Below are positions 1 to 10,352 of a stretch of DNA of 64,000 nt, piece by piece. The DNA is from an uncultured Gammaproteobacteria bacterium. Lineage in GTDB: Bacteria; Patescibacteriota; Microgenomatia; Levybacterales; GWA1-39-11. The DNA lies in NCBI GenBank assembly GCA_964425075.1, contig CAYRKM010000001.1, positions 705,793 to 769,792 of the forward strand. Direction: 5' to 3'. How positions within the stretch are numbered: position 1 is the stretch's first letter; the number at the start of each line of letters is the position of its first letter. The notes under the pieces are model-generated. The model was given only the letters and a program-made list of their open reading frames with translations, did not search any database and had not been told where the DNA came from. The translations under genes and the position numbers were made by a program.

Positions 1-279
1 ATTAAGAAAGCTGGATATGTTGTGATGTATGAGCCAACAGCAATTTTATGGCACAAGAATGCAGTTTCCTCAGGCGGTTCGGGTTCAAAGCTCCAGGACT
101 ATTATATTTCAAGAAATCGAATGTTGTTGGGGATGAGGTATGCTCCGCTAAGAACAAAAGCTGCATTAATTAGAGAAAGCTTAATGATTTTAAAATCCGG
201 AAGAGAATGGCAAAAGTTGGGAATTAGAGATTTTTACCTAAGAAAGTTTGGGAAAGGCACTTTTTTCAGTAAACAGTGA
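1..279 (+). CDS. GT2 glycosyltransferase (rhamnosyltransferase-like), C-terminal fragment; 5' end outside window
   Basis: Frame 1 is open from base 1 (IKKAGYVVMYEPTAILWHKNAVSSG...YYISRNR), a typical GT2 C-terminal 'GY.V.Y.P.A...H' and 'YY..RNR' pattern; the stop overlaps the next GTG start (GTGA). Confidence 0.8.
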   Translation: MKKAGYVVMYEPTAILWHKNAVSSGGSGSKLQDYYISRNRMLLGMRYAPLRTKAALIRESLMILKSGREWQKLGIRDFYLRKFGKGTFFSKQ

Positions 280-1931
280 AATTATTTAGAAAACATTTAG
301 GACTCCTTATAATATTGGTAGTAGGTTTTCTGCCTCTGCTTGCTTTGTTTCATGTTGGGCTTCCAATAACTCATGATGGAGTTGATCACGTTGCGCGTAT
401 AGCAAATTTTTATATCTCTCTTCAGGAAGGGGTAGTAATTCCTAGGTGGGGAGCACTTTTAAATTGGGGATATGGACATCCGGTGATGATGTTTCTATAT
501 CCATTTTCTTCTTATGCCTCCTCATTTTTTCATCTTCTCGGAGCATCTTTTACTGATTCCGTAAAGATTGTCTTTGGAATAGGATTTATTGCAAGCGGGA
601 TATCAATGTATCTTTGGGCAAGAAATGCATTTAATGAATATGCTGGAATTGCAGCTGGTGTTCTTTATATGTATGCGCCTTATAGATTTGTTGATCTTTA
701 TGTAAGAGGTGCAATTGGAGAGCATACTGCATTTATTTTTCCTCCTTTGGTTCTATATTTCTTATTTAAGTTTTTTAAAAAGAATAATACTAAAAGTAGT
801 TATTGGTATTTTCTAGGAATAGTTGCTTCGATGGCTTCCTTGCTCCTTTCTCATAACGCAATTAGTATTATGTTCTTGCCGGTTATCGTTTTTTATACTT
901 TATATCTTTATTTCAATACAAATGATAAGAAAAAATTAATATATGCAGTAGGCGGGTTATTATATGGTTTTCTTCTTTCATCGTTCTTTCTTTTGCCAGC
1001 ATTTCTAGAAGGAAAATATACATTAAGAGACATAGTTACAGGAAATGAATATGCTACTCGTTTTGTGGATCCTGCCAGATTTATTTGGGGAAAATGGAAC
1101 TATGGCATAACGGGTGAATTTACAGTTCAACTAGGATTATTGCAATGGCTAGGAATTTTTGCATTCCCAGTTGTTTTATGGAACGAAATCAAACATAAGA
1201 GTAAACACCTGATTTTACTTAATGGTATATTTGTGTTTTTTTTAATTTCGCTATTTATTCAGACGCAATATTCTCAATTTCTTTACGAGATAATAACAAC
1301 TCTTAAGAAATTTCAGTTCCCATGGAGGTTTTTAAGTTTGACTGTATTTACAACAGCAATTATTACTGCCTCATTATTTTTATTAATAAAAAAGGAAAAA
1401 TATAAAAAAATAATTCTTGGAATTCTTGTCGTAACTTCAGTTTTAATAAATTGGGAATACATGCAGGCTAAAAATTATATCCTACATCCTGACAGTTTTT
1501 ATACGAGTATTTATAAAAGCACTACAGACACAGGTGAGAGTAGTCCGATTTGGTCGGTTAGATTTATGGAAAAAGTTCCCAAGGATAAAGTAGAGGTTGT
1601 GGATGGGGAGGCAACAATAACTGAAACAAGACGTTCTACAACAAGGCATTCGTACAGAATCATTTCAAAGGGTGATGCTCGTATTAAAGACAATACCGTA
1701 TATTTCCCCGGGTGGAAAGTATACGTAGATGGAAATCCGATTTTAATCGAATTTCAGGATCCTTCACAAAGAGGCCTTATCACATTTATGATCCCCACAG
1801 GAGAGCACGAGGTTGAAGTTGTCTTTGAGGATACAAAACTTAGAGTATTTGCAAACATAATTTCTATCCTGTCAGCAATTGGTTTAATTGTGTTGGGAAT
1901 ATATTTTCTAAAAAAATATGAAGAAAAATAA
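276..1931 (+). CDS. Polytopic GT-C-like membrane protein ('6-pyruvoyl-tetrahydropterin synthase-related'/YfhO-like family)
   Basis: THDG..H..R, PRW...N.GYG.P...FY, APYR..D.YVRGA.GE, QFPWRFL and C-terminal YFPGW.V.VDG...GEH.V.V.F motifs; many TM segments. Confidence 0.8.
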   Translation: MKLFRKHLGLLIILVVGFLPLLALFHVGLPITHDGVDHVARIANFYISLQEGVVIPRWGALLNWGYGHPVMMFLYPFSSYASSFFHLLGASFTDSVKIVFGIGFIASGISMYLWARNAFNEYAGIAAGVLYMYAPYRFVDLYVRGAIGEHTAFIFPPLVLYFLFKFFKKNNTKSSYWYFLGIVASMASLLLSHNAISIMFLPVIVFYTLYLYFNTNDKKKLIYAVGGLLYGFLLSSFFLLPAFLEGKYTLRDIVTGNEYATRFVDPARFIWGKWNYGITGEFTVQLGLLQWLGIFAFPVVLWNEIKHKSKHLILLNGIFVFFLISLFIQTQYSQFLYEIITTLKKFQFPWRFLSLTVFTTAIITASLFLLIKKEKYKKIILGILVVTSVLINWEYMQAKNYILHPDSFYTSIYKSTTDTGESSPIWSVRFMEKVPKDKVEVVDGEATITETRRSTTRHSYRIISKGDARIKDNTVYFPGWKVYVDGNPILIEFQDPSQRGLITFMIPTGEHEVEVVFEDTKLRVFANIISILSAIGLIVLGIYFLKKYEEK

Positions 1932-4266
1932 ATTTTTTATTAAATTGTTGCCGCTTCTATTTTTAATAATGGTTTGGTTTGGATTTAGTTACCCATTTTT
2001 TATTCAGAGTAAAGTTCCATTTGCATCAAATTACCAGGTAAATTTTTTCTCTCCATGGAGTGGTTACCCTGAATTAGCGGGTCCCGTAAAGAACGATGCA
2101 CAGCCAGACGTTATTACGCAAATTTACCCATGGAGGTTGTTTGCAGTTGAAGAGCTTAAGCAAGGAAGAATTCCATTATGGAATCCATATAGTTTTTCAG
2201 GGACACCACACCTTGCAAACTATCAATCCGCAGCGCTATCTCCACTAAATATCCTTTTCTTTGTGTTCTCAGATATTGATGCCTGGAGCATACTTGTGTT
2301 ACTTCAGCCGTTGCTTGCGGGGATTGGTATTTATCTATTCGCAAGATCTTTAAAAATTTCAGAAATTGGTAGTCTTTTGTCATCCATATCCTTTATGTTT
2401 TGCGGGTTTATTACAACCTGGATGGGATATGCAACTCTTGGTTATGCTATTCTTTTTCTTCCATATTCCTTATATGCAATTCAAAAATATCTATCACAAA
2501 AATCCATTTTTTATCTTATTCTTCTCTCATTAAGCATTGCATTTTCATTTCTTAGTGGACATTTTCAAATCAGCATGTATCTTCTTTTGTGCATTATTGC
2601 ATTTAGTATATATAAATTATTTCCAGTCTATAATAACAAGAATTCTATTTTTGTTAGCCTCTTTATTTTTGTTGGAATTTTACTAGCAATGCCTCAAATT
2701 TTGCCGACCATCGAATTCTATACTTTGTCAGTTCGTAGCGCCTCATTCCAACAAACTGAAATAATTCCTTGGAGTTATCTTCCGACGTTTTTTGCGCCAG
2801 ATTTCTATGGGAATCCTGTAACGCGAAATGGTTGGTTTGGACATTATGCTGAGTGGAATGGATATATTGGAGTTGCTGGGTTAGCTTTTGCGCTTCTTGC
2901 TTTATTCAACTATAAAAAAAGAGACGTACTTTTTTTCGCTGGTGTTTCACTTTTAGCGCTACTTCTATCTTTCAACACCCCTCTGATACCATTATTAATG
3001 GCTTTAAAAATTCCTGTTCTCTCGACTAGTGCAGCAGGTAGAATTATTGTTATTTTGAGTTTTTCTTTGTCAGTACTTGCCGGGTTTGGCTTCGATACTC
3101 TACAGGACTTTAGAGAGAAAAAAAGAAAAAAAATAATCTGGTGGATATCCACACTTACACTCATGTTTATTTGCATAGTTGCATATGCAATGTTTGGTCT
3201 ACCAGATTCTCAAAAGACACCTATTGCGTTAAGTAATCTTAAGTTGCCAATTGGAATTATTGTTATTGTTTTTGCCTACATAGTAGGTATTCTATTAATA
3301 AAATCAAAGAAAATATTAGTATTTTTATCAATTGTGCTTTTAGTAATTGCCTCCTTTGATATGTTACGGTTTGCAAAAAAATGGCAGGCATTTGATCCGA
3401 AAGAACTAGTGTTTAAGGACGTTGCTACAACTGCATTTTATAAAAGTCAAAACACAGAGAAAAGATTCTTAACCGATTCAACAGCGGAAAACAGTGTTTA
3501 TTACAAACTACAAACGTTAGGTGGATATGATCCATTGTATCCTGAGGCTTATGGTGAATTTATTAAGTATGTTAATAGCGAAGAATTAATAAAGCCAGAC
3601 AGGTCCGTTGTGTCTTTTCCTAAAGATGGCATGCATACACCAGAGGCTATAAATTTTTTGGGGGTTTCATATATCATCGAAAAGATTTCTGATGAGGGGC
3701 GCCCTTGGGGTTTTCCATTTAAAAAATATCCATTGGATCAATTCAGTAAAATTTATGATGATAAAGTTTTTAGAGTTTATGAAAATAAAAAAGCATTTCC
3801 GCGTACTTTTCTTGCTTACGACACAATTACATCTGGAGATAAAAAAGAACAACTAATAAATATGTTCTCACAAGATCTTTCCAAAATTGCAGTAACAGGA
3901 GGCTCAATTCAAGGACTTAACAAAAACGGTAGGGGGAATGCAAAAATTGTAGAGTATTTACCTAATAAGATTACAATCGAAACAAATTCCTCAGGAAGCG
4001 GGTTGTTGGTTCTAACGGATAATTACTACCCAGGATGGAAAGCTAATGTAAACAATGTTAGGCAAAAAATATATAAAATAGACTATAATTTTAGAGGAGT
4101 TGTGGTACCAGAGGGTAAAAGCAGAGTGGTAATGGAGTATTTACCTCAATCTTTTTTTGTAGGTATATATCTTAGCTTAATTGGGGTGCTTATAATTGCA
4201 ACAAGTTTTGTTTTGCAAAGAATAAGAAGATTTGAATTTTTAATCAAAAAAACAAACATAAAATGA
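1918..4266 (+). CDS. YfhO-family GT-C membrane glycosyltransferase
   Basis: D...Q.YPW, G.IPLWNPY.FSG.P.LAN.QSA, GHFQ, GGYDP, YENKKAFPR, YYPGWKA.VN...NFRGVVVP.G motifs; C-terminal TM. Confidence 0.85.
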   Translation: MKKNKFFIKLLPLLFLIMVWFGFSYPFFIQSKVPFASNYQVNFFSPWSGYPELAGPVKNDAQPDVITQIYPWRLFAVEELKQGRIPLWNPYSFSGTPHLANYQSAALSPLNILFFVFSDIDAWSILVLLQPLLAGIGIYLFARSLKISEIGSLLSSISFMFCGFITTWMGYATLGYAILFLPYSLYAIQKYLSQKSIFYLILLSLSIAFSFLSGHFQISMYLLLCIIAFSIYKLFPVYNNKNSIFVSLFIFVGILLAMPQILPTIEFYTLSVRSASFQQTEIIPWSYLPTFFAPDFYGNPVTRNGWFGHYAEWNGYIGVAGLAFALLALFNYKKRDVLFFAGVSLLALLLSFNTPLIPLLMALKIPVLSTSAAGRIIVILSFSLSVLAGFGFDTLQDFREKKRKKIIWWISTLTLMFICIVAYAMFGLPDSQKTPIALSNLKLPIGIIVIVFAYIVGILLIKSKKILVFLSIVLLVIASFDMLRFAKKWQAFDPKELVFKDVATTAFYKSQNTEKRFLTDSTAENSVYYKLQTLGGYDPLYPEAYGEFIKYVNSEELIKPDRSVVSFPKDGMHTPEAINFLGVSYIIEKISDEGRPWGFPFKKYPLDQFSKIYDDKVFRVYENKKAFPRTFLAYDTITSGDKKEQLINMFSQDLSKIAVTGGSIQGLNKNGRGNAKIVEYLPNKITIETNSSGSGLLVLTDNYYPGWKANVNNVRQKIYKIDYNFRGVVVPEGKSRVVMEYLPQSFFVGIYLSLIGVLIIATSFVLQRIRRFEFLIKKTNIK

Positions 4267-5018
4267 AGGACATAACCATAATAATCCTCGCCTTAAATGA
4301 GGCAGATGTAATCAAAGATGCAATTCTCTCAGTTAAGGATATTGCAAAGGAAATTTTAGTGATAAATGCTAATTCCACAGACAACACCAAAGAAATTGCT
4401 GAAAAAAATGGCGCTTTAGTAATTTCTCGTCAATTTAAAGATTTTTCAGATCAAAGAAATTTTGCCATTCTACATGCGAAAACACCATGGATAATGTATT
4501 TGGATGCAGATGAAAGATTGACAGATTCTTTTAAGAAAGAACTTAAAGAAAAAATTGAGTCATATGATGAAAAAGGGTCCGTTGGAGGATTTTATGTTAA
4601 CAGAAAAACATTTTATTTCGGTAAAGACTGGAATTTAACGGATAGGGTGCAAAGAGTTTTTTATAAAGAAAAATTCATTGAATGGTATGGAGTAGTGCAT
4701 GAAACACCAAAAATTCACGGTGAATTCAGTGAAATTAATAGTCCAATTCTGCATTTTACTCATAGGAATTTGTCTCAAATGGTAGGAAAAACAAATGAGT
4801 GGTCTGAGTATGAAGCAAGATTACGCCTTAAGTCAAACCACCCCTCTATGACAGCCTGGAGATTTATTAGGGTGATGGGAACGGAATTTATAAATTCATA
4901 CATTAAAAATGGCGGATATAAGAACGGCACTTATGGACTAATTGAAGCAATTTATCAGGCTTTCTCGATGTTTATAACTTATGCAAAGTTGTGGGAGTTG
5001 CAGCAAAAAAAACACTAA
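4263..5018 (+). CDS. GT2 glycosyltransferase (KdtX/WaaE beta-glucosyltransferase-like)
   Basis: S.D.T, FSDQRNFA, LDADE, VHE and C-terminal GGYKNGTYG motifs. Confidence 0.85.
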   Translation: MKDITIIILALNEADVIKDAILSVKDIAKEILVINANSTDNTKEIAEKNGALVISRQFKDFSDQRNFAILHAKTPWIMYLDADERLTDSFKKELKEKIESYDEKGSVGGFYVNRKTFYFGKDWNLTDRVQRVFYKEKFIEWYGVVHETPKIHGEFSEINSPILHFTHRNLSQMVGKTNEWSEYEARLRLKSNHPSMTAWRFIRVMGTEFINSYIKNGGYKNGTYGLIEAIYQAFSMFITYAKLWELQQKKH

Positions 5019-5272
5019 CTCTTTTTAAACCAAGAACGCACCTCAACAATTGTAAGTCTTTTTTTGCTGAATCTTATTAAGTAAATTAACTCAACAATTC
5101 CTAAATCATTTAGTGGAATAAGTACAAAAAGTACTAAAAACCAATTGCGTTGTTTTTGATTAGAAGCTTTCCATAATGCGACGCCTTTCCAAAAAAGCTG
5201 CCAGACACTTGCTATAAAGACAAGAGCCAAAAGTCCCATGTTATTTTGAATATTAGCGAGTTGGTTATCCAT
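5015..5272 (-). CDS. Small 2-TM membrane protein, DUF5652-like
   Basis: W..FWKGVALWKAS..KQRNWF....LNDLGIVELIYL pattern; has its own -10/-35 upstream. Confidence 0.75.
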   Translation of the reverse strand: MDNQLANIQNNMGLLALVFIASVWQLFWKGVALWKASNQKQRNWFLVLFVLIPLNDLGIVELIYLIRFSKKRLTIVEVRSWFKKS

Positions 5273-5279
5273 TTTCCTA

Positions 5280-5308
5280 ACTGTAACATAGCTTCACTTG
5301 ATATTCAA
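5280..5308 (-). promoter_or_regulatory. Sigma70-type promoter for the DUF5652-like gene (leaderless-type)
   Basis: Minus strand TTGAAT(5308-5303)-17 nt-TACAGT(5285-5280) with extended TG; 7 nt to the ATG. Confidence 0.55.
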
Positions 5309-5358
5309 TAACTGCTACAATAACCTTAAGGTTTTGGTTTTTTTAGAATTTAAACAAA

Positions 5359-6423
5359 ATGAAAATAGGAATTTATTCTCCATATCTTGACACGATGACT
5401 GGGGGAGAAAAGTATATATTTTCAATTGCCTCATGTCTCTCAAAAAATCATTCAGTAGATATTTTTTGGAATGATAAAGAAATAATTGAAAAGGCAACAC
5501 GAAAATTTAATTTAAATCTTGAGGGGGTAAGGATTGTTCCTAACGTTTTTTCTGAGCAAGTAAACACTTTAAAAAGATTAAAAGGAACATTTGCTTATGA
5601 CAGAATAATTGTTCTTTCAGATGGCAGCATACCGTTAGTTGCAAGCAAACAACTTATACTTCATTTTCAATTTCCAGTAGAGTGGGTGAATGCTAAGTCA
5701 CCATTTATTAAATTTAAAATGAGTAGGGTTAGTAAGGTAATTTGCAATTCTTATTACACAAAAAAATATATTGATAAGAAATTTAATATACAAAGCAATA
5801 TTCTTTTTCCTCCTTCAGACGTTAATACTGGAGATATACCTGAAAAAAAGAATCTGATTCTAACAGTTGGAAGATTCAATCCATTATCAGATGGAACAGA
5901 CTTTAAAAAGTTAACAGTAATGGTTGATGCTTTTAAAGACTTTCAGAAAAAAAGATTAAAAGGTTGGAGATTTGCAATAGTAACCAACGTATTGCCGGAG
6001 AATGATAAGGAGTTCGAAGAATTTAAAAGTAAAATTGGAAGTCAATACATCGAGATACATAAAAATGTCCCATTTGATGACATAGCAAAATTGTATAAAG
6101 AAGCAAAGATTTATTGGCACGCTGCAGGATTTGGAGTTGATATAGAAAAGAGGCCAGAATGGTTGGAGCATTTTGGTATGGCAACAGTTGAGGCGATGTC
6201 ATATGGAGCAGTGCCGGTTGTTATCAATGCGGGTGGTCAGAGGGAGATTGTGAGTAATGGGAAAAATGGTTTTTTATGGAATACAACTGAAGAGTTGGTT
6301 AACTATACACACAAAATTGCAACCGAACCAAAATTATATGAGGAATTATCTGTGAGCGCTAATGAATCTTCAAAACAATTTAGTAAAGGAAGGTTTTGCG
6401 AGGAGCTTAATCAGGTAATATGA
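5359..6423 (+). CDS. GT4 (GT-B) glycosyltransferase
   Basis: GGEKY, NS.YT, VGRF, EHFGMATVEAM (EX7E) motifs. Confidence 0.9.
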   Translation: MKIGIYSPYLDTMTGGEKYIFSIASCLSKNHSVDIFWNDKEIIEKATRKFNLNLEGVRIVPNVFSEQVNTLKRLKGTFAYDRIIVLSDGSIPLVASKQLILHFQFPVEWVNAKSPFIKFKMSRVSKVICNSYYTKKYIDKKFNIQSNILFPPSDVNTGDIPEKKNLILTVGRFNPLSDGTDFKKLTVMVDAFKDFQKKRLKGWRFAIVTNVLPENDKEFEEFKSKIGSQYIEIHKNVPFDDIAKLYKEAKIYWHAAGFGVDIEKRPEWLEHFGMATVEAMSYGAVPVVINAGGQREIVSNGKNGFLWNTTEELVNYTHKIATEPKLYEELSVSANESSKQFSKGRFCEELNQVI

Positions 6424-8687
6424 TACAAAAAATATTTAAGTTCTACCTTCATATTAAAACATTTCTTTTTCCGCTTTTTTTGTTAATCCTTGTAGTTATT
6501 TTTTATTATCCAACATTTCTCCAAAACAAATTGCCAATTCCATCGGATACTATAGTTGGTTTGTATCACCCATACAGAGACTTATATGACAGAGAATATC
6601 CTCGAGGAATTCCATATAAAAACTTTTTAATCACAGATCCAGTTCGTCAAACTTTTGTATGGAAAGAATTAGCAACTAGTTCATTCAAAAAAATGGAATT
6701 ACCACTTTGGAATCCATACGAAATGGCAGGAAAACCTTTGTTAGCTAATTTCCAGTCAGGAGTGTTTTATCCCTTAAATATTTTGTTTGTTGTTCTGCCT
6801 TTTACAACTGCATGGACAGTTTTTATTGTTTTACAAAGTGTTTTTATGGGTTTATTCATGTATTTGTATTTAAGAAATTTAAGGCTATCTTTTATATCAT
6901 CTTTTCTGGGATCAATAGCTCTCATATTTTCATCATTTTCAGTTGTATGGCTTGAATGGGGGAATATTATACATGCTTTTTTGTGGCTTCCATTAATACT
7001 ACTTGCAGTCGACAAATTATTTCAGAAAAAGGATAGGTATTTATTTTTTTGGGGCATATTATACGTTCTAGCTTTATTGTCTGCTTTTTTTGCAGGATAT
7101 CTTCAGACCTTTTTCTACATGTTTGTTATTTCAATATTTTATTTTGTTCTTCGCTTAGGAACAAAAAATGCTAGGCGCCTTTTACACTTCATATTACTTA
7201 ATACAATTTTTGTTCTATTGTCTTTCATACAATGGTATCCAACATATAAATTTATTCTTTTATCTGCTCGAAGTATTGACCAGAATTATTTAGTCACTGA
7301 AGGATGGTTTATTCCCTTTAAGCATCTAATACAATTTGTAGCACCAGATTTTTTTGGAAATCCTACAACCCTTAATTATTGGGGAATGTGGAATTATGCT
7401 GAGCTTGGGGGATATATAGGCATAGTTTCTCTGATGCTCGTTCCCTTCGCTTTTTTTATAAGAAGAAAACTTGTGATGTTCTTTACTGCAATTGTTTTCA
7501 GCGGATTATTATTTGCAACTGACAATTTAATTGCAAGGATTCCCTTTCAATTAGATATTCCACTTATTTCCTCCTCCCAACCTACTCGTCTGCTATCAAT
7601 TATTTTATTCTCACTTGCTGTTCTTGCGTCATTTGGCATGGAATATGTACTTAATATAAAAAGAAAATTTTCAACCTTATTCCCGTTAGCAATATGGTTA
7701 GGTGTTGTCTTGCTATTATGGTCTGCGGTTTTTCTAAAAAGCCCATTATTATTTGACGATCAGAACGTAATAGCTATAGCAAAAAGAAATTTATTTCTTC
7801 CAACAGCGCTTATTTTAAGTAGTTCCCTTTTATTTTTTGCCTTAGCCTTTTTTAAGAATAAAACCTTTAGAGCGGGAATTATAATTTTAATTTTTGTTTT
7901 TCTTTCTTTCGATCTTCTTCGCTATTCATGGAAATTTACACCCTTCACTAAGTCTGAATATCTTTTTCCACAAACTAAAATAATAAGTTTTTTACAAAAT
8001 GATAAAAGCATTTTTAGAGTCGCAGCTACTGACCAGCGTATTATGCCTCCTAATTTTCTTACACATTATAGAATTCAAACTTTAGAAGGATATGACCCAT
8101 TATATTTAAGATCTTATGCTGAATTCATAGCTTCAATGGAAAGAGGAAAGCCAGATATTAATCCTCCCTTTGGATTTAATAGAATAATTACACCACATAA
8201 TGTTAATTCTTCCTTGATGGACTCTCTAAACGTTAAATATATTCTTTCTTTTGATGAGCTAACGGATAGTAAATTTAAAAAAATAATGGTAGAGGGTAGG
8301 ACTAAACTTTATGAAAATACCCAATCATTCCCACGTGCATATTTTGTAAAAAGTATAGATACTGGTAGTAATAATCAAATTGAAATTGAGAAAATACATA
8401 AAGTAGATCTTGAAAATGTGGCTATATTATCGCAATTCAGTGCACCAGGAGAAAAAGACTACACCAAAGGAGAGGCGAGAATAAAGTTATATTCAGAGAA
8501 TAAAGTTGTTATAGAAACTCAAAATATTGGTACGGGATTTCTTGTGCTTGCAGATTCTTTCTATCCTTCCTGGAAAGCAACAATTGATGGGAGTAAAACA
8601 ACAATTTATCCTACAAACTATATATTCAGAGGAGTTGTTGTGCCGGCTGGCAAGCATACTGTAGAATTTAGTATTACGCTTTTCTAA
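6420..8687 (+). CDS. YfhO-family GT-C membrane glycosyltransferase (paralog of 1918..4266)
   Basis: DPVRQ, LPLWNPY...G.PLLANFQSG, APDFFGNP, EGYDPLY, YEN...FPRA, FYPSWKA.IDG...FRGVVVPAGKH motifs. Confidence 0.85.
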   Translation: MIQKIFKFYLHIKTFLFPLFLLILVVIFYYPTFLQNKLPIPSDTIVGLYHPYRDLYDREYPRGIPYKNFLITDPVRQTFVWKELATSSFKKMELPLWNPYEMAGKPLLANFQSGVFYPLNILFVVLPFTTAWTVFIVLQSVFMGLFMYLYLRNLRLSFISSFLGSIALIFSSFSVVWLEWGNIIHAFLWLPLILLAVDKLFQKKDRYLFFWGILYVLALLSAFFAGYLQTFFYMFVISIFYFVLRLGTKNARRLLHFILLNTIFVLLSFIQWYPTYKFILLSARSIDQNYLVTEGWFIPFKHLIQFVAPDFFGNPTTLNYWGMWNYAELGGYIGIVSLMLVPFAFFIRRKLVMFFTAIVFSGLLFATDNLIARIPFQLDIPLISSSQPTRLLSIILFSLAVLASFGMEYVLNIKRKFSTLFPLAIWLGVVLLLWSAVFLKSPLLFDDQNVIAIAKRNLFLPTALILSSSLLFFALAFFKNKTFRAGIIILIFVFLSFDLLRYSWKFTPFTKSEYLFPQTKIISFLQNDKSIFRVAATDQRIMPPNFLTHYRIQTLEGYDPLYLRSYAEFIASMERGKPDINPPFGFNRIITPHNVNSSLMDSLNVKYILSFDELTDSKFKKIMVEGRTKLYENTQSFPRAYFVKSIDTGSNNQIEIEKIHKVDLENVAILSQFSAPGEKDYTKGEARIKLYSENKVVIETQNIGTGFLVLADSFYPSWKATIDGSKTTIYPTNYIFRGVVVPAGKHTVEFSITLF

Positions 8688-8688
8688 T

Positions 8689-9621
8689 ATGCGAGTAGAT
8701 ATTATTATTCCGAATTACAACGGATCACATTTGATACGCGAAAACCTTCCAAAAGTACTCAATACTCTTAAGCCTTATAAAGGCAAAGTGATAATTGTTG
8801 ATGATGGTTCAAAACCTGAAGATAGGGTATCTTTACGAGAGGTTGTAAAAGGGTATTCAGGTAGTGAGGTTGAGTTGATTGAACACACCGTAAATAAAGG
8901 TTTTTCATCAGCAGTTAACACTGGAGTTAGGGCCTCTACGGCTGATTATGTTGTTCTTTTAAATTCGGATGTAATTCCTAATAAGGATTTTCTAAAACCT
9001 CTTCTTGAAGAAATTGAGAAGGACCCCTTAATTTTTGGAATAGGTTGCATGGACGAGAGTATTGAGGGCGAAAAAACAACACTAAGAGGGAGAGGTCAAG
9101 CAAAATGGAGTAGGGGGATGCTTATACATGAAAGGGGAGACGTTAGTAGTAGTGATACATTTTGGATATCGGGGGGTAGCAGCATCTTCAGAAGAGAATT
9201 ATATATGAAGCTTGGTGGGATGGATGAGATATATAACCCTTTTTACTGGGAGGATATAGACCTTTCATATAGGGCCCAAAAATCTGGATATAAAATTTCT
9301 TTTAATAGTAAATCAGTTGTTGAACATCTTCACGAAAAAGGTGCGATAAAGAAAAACTTTCGTAAGAACAAAGTAACAACAATTGTCTATCGAAATCAAT
9401 TTACTTTTCATTGGAAAAATATTAGTGAGCAACGACTATTAATAAGTCACATCCTGTGTCTTCCATACCACGCGCTAGGTGCACTAAAAAGAGGTGATAG
9501 TGAATTTTTTAAAGGATTATTCCTTGCCCTATTAAGGCTTTCTGCTATAATAAAAAAGCGAAGTATTCAAAAGAAAAATTACAAACTTTTGGATTCGGAA
9601 ATTATTAAAAAATTTGAATGA
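8689..9621 (+). CDS. GT2 glycosyltransferase
   Basis: IIIPNYNG, VDDGS, N.GFS.AVN.G, LLNSD, GG.DE.Y.PFYWEDIDLSYRA motifs. Confidence 0.9.
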   Translation: MRVDIIIPNYNGSHLIRENLPKVLNTLKPYKGKVIIVDDGSKPEDRVSLREVVKGYSGSEVELIEHTVNKGFSSAVNTGVRASTADYVVLLNSDVIPNKDFLKPLLEEIEKDPLIFGIGCMDESIEGEKTTLRGRGQAKWSRGMLIHERGDVSSSDTFWISGGSSIFRRELYMKLGGMDEIYNPFYWEDIDLSYRAQKSGYKISFNSKSVVEHLHEKGAIKKNFRKNKVTTIVYRNQFTFHWKNISEQRLLISHILCLPYHALGALKRGDSEFFKGLFLALLRLSAIIKKRSIQKKNYKLLDSEIIKKFE

Positions 9622-10349
9622 AAAATAGCTCGTCACCAACATTGTCAATTATAATTCCTGCATATAACGAAGAAAATACAATAGGTGAGGTGCTTGATAA
9701 TCTTAAGAAGCTCGATTTTCTTTCAGGTTCTAGAGAATTTATCGTCGTAGACGATGGATCAAAAGATAATACTGCAAAAATTATTAAAGAGAAGAGCAAA
9801 AAAATATCTGAGATTAATTTTATCCAACACGAAAAAAATAAGGGAAAGGGTGCTGCCGTAAGAACAGGTATCCAAGCTTCAAAAGGGAAAGTTCTTATAG
9901 TTCAAGATGCTGATTTGGAGTACAGTCCAAGTGACATTCCTCGTTTGATTGAACCTATTCTTAAAAACAAAACTAAGGTTGTTTATGGGACAAGACTTCG
10001 TCAAAAACCTGTATTTTTTGGAAAAGACAAGACTCCTTTATTGTTAAATTTCTTTGGAAATAAATTTTTAAGTCTTGTAACCTCAGCGCTCTACGGTTCT
10101 TCAATTACCGATATGGAAACTGGATATAAGGCATTCTTAAGAACAGTTATTGAAGATATGAAGTTAAAGTCTCGTTCTTTTGATTTTGAACCTGAAATTA
10201 CTGCAAAAATACTTAAAAAAGGGATAAAAATTTTGGAACTTGATATAAAAGTGAATCCAAGAGGGTACGATGAGGGAAAAAAGATTGATGTTAGAAAAGA
10301 TGGTGCTATCGCCCTTTGGACGCTTATTAAATATAGATTTATAAATTAA
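9618..10349 (+). CDS. DPM1-like polyprenol-phosphate glycosyltransferase (GT2)
   Basis: IIPAYNEE, VDDGSKD, NKGKGAAVRTG, QDADLEYSP, TDMETGYK, FDFEPEIT, R...EGKK motifs. Confidence 0.88.
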   Translation: MKNSSSPTLSIIIPAYNEENTIGEVLDNLKKLDFLSGSREFIVVDDGSKDNTAKIIKEKSKKISEINFIQHEKNKGKGAAVRTGIQASKGKVLIVQDADLEYSPSDIPRLIEPILKNKTKVVYGTRLRQKPVFFGKDKTPLLLNFFGNKFLSLVTSALYGSSITDMETGYKAFLRTVIEDMKLKSRSFDFEPEITAKILKKGIKILELDIKVNPRGYDEGKKIDVRKDGAIALWTLIKYRFIN

Positions 10350-10352
10350 TGC

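Noticed and set aside
276-1931. Literal 6-pyruvoyl-tetrahydropterin synthase activity for this gene and 24720..26396
   Set aside because: The family name is historical. These are polytopic membrane proteins with GT-C/YfhO-like motifs and no T-fold PTPS signature.
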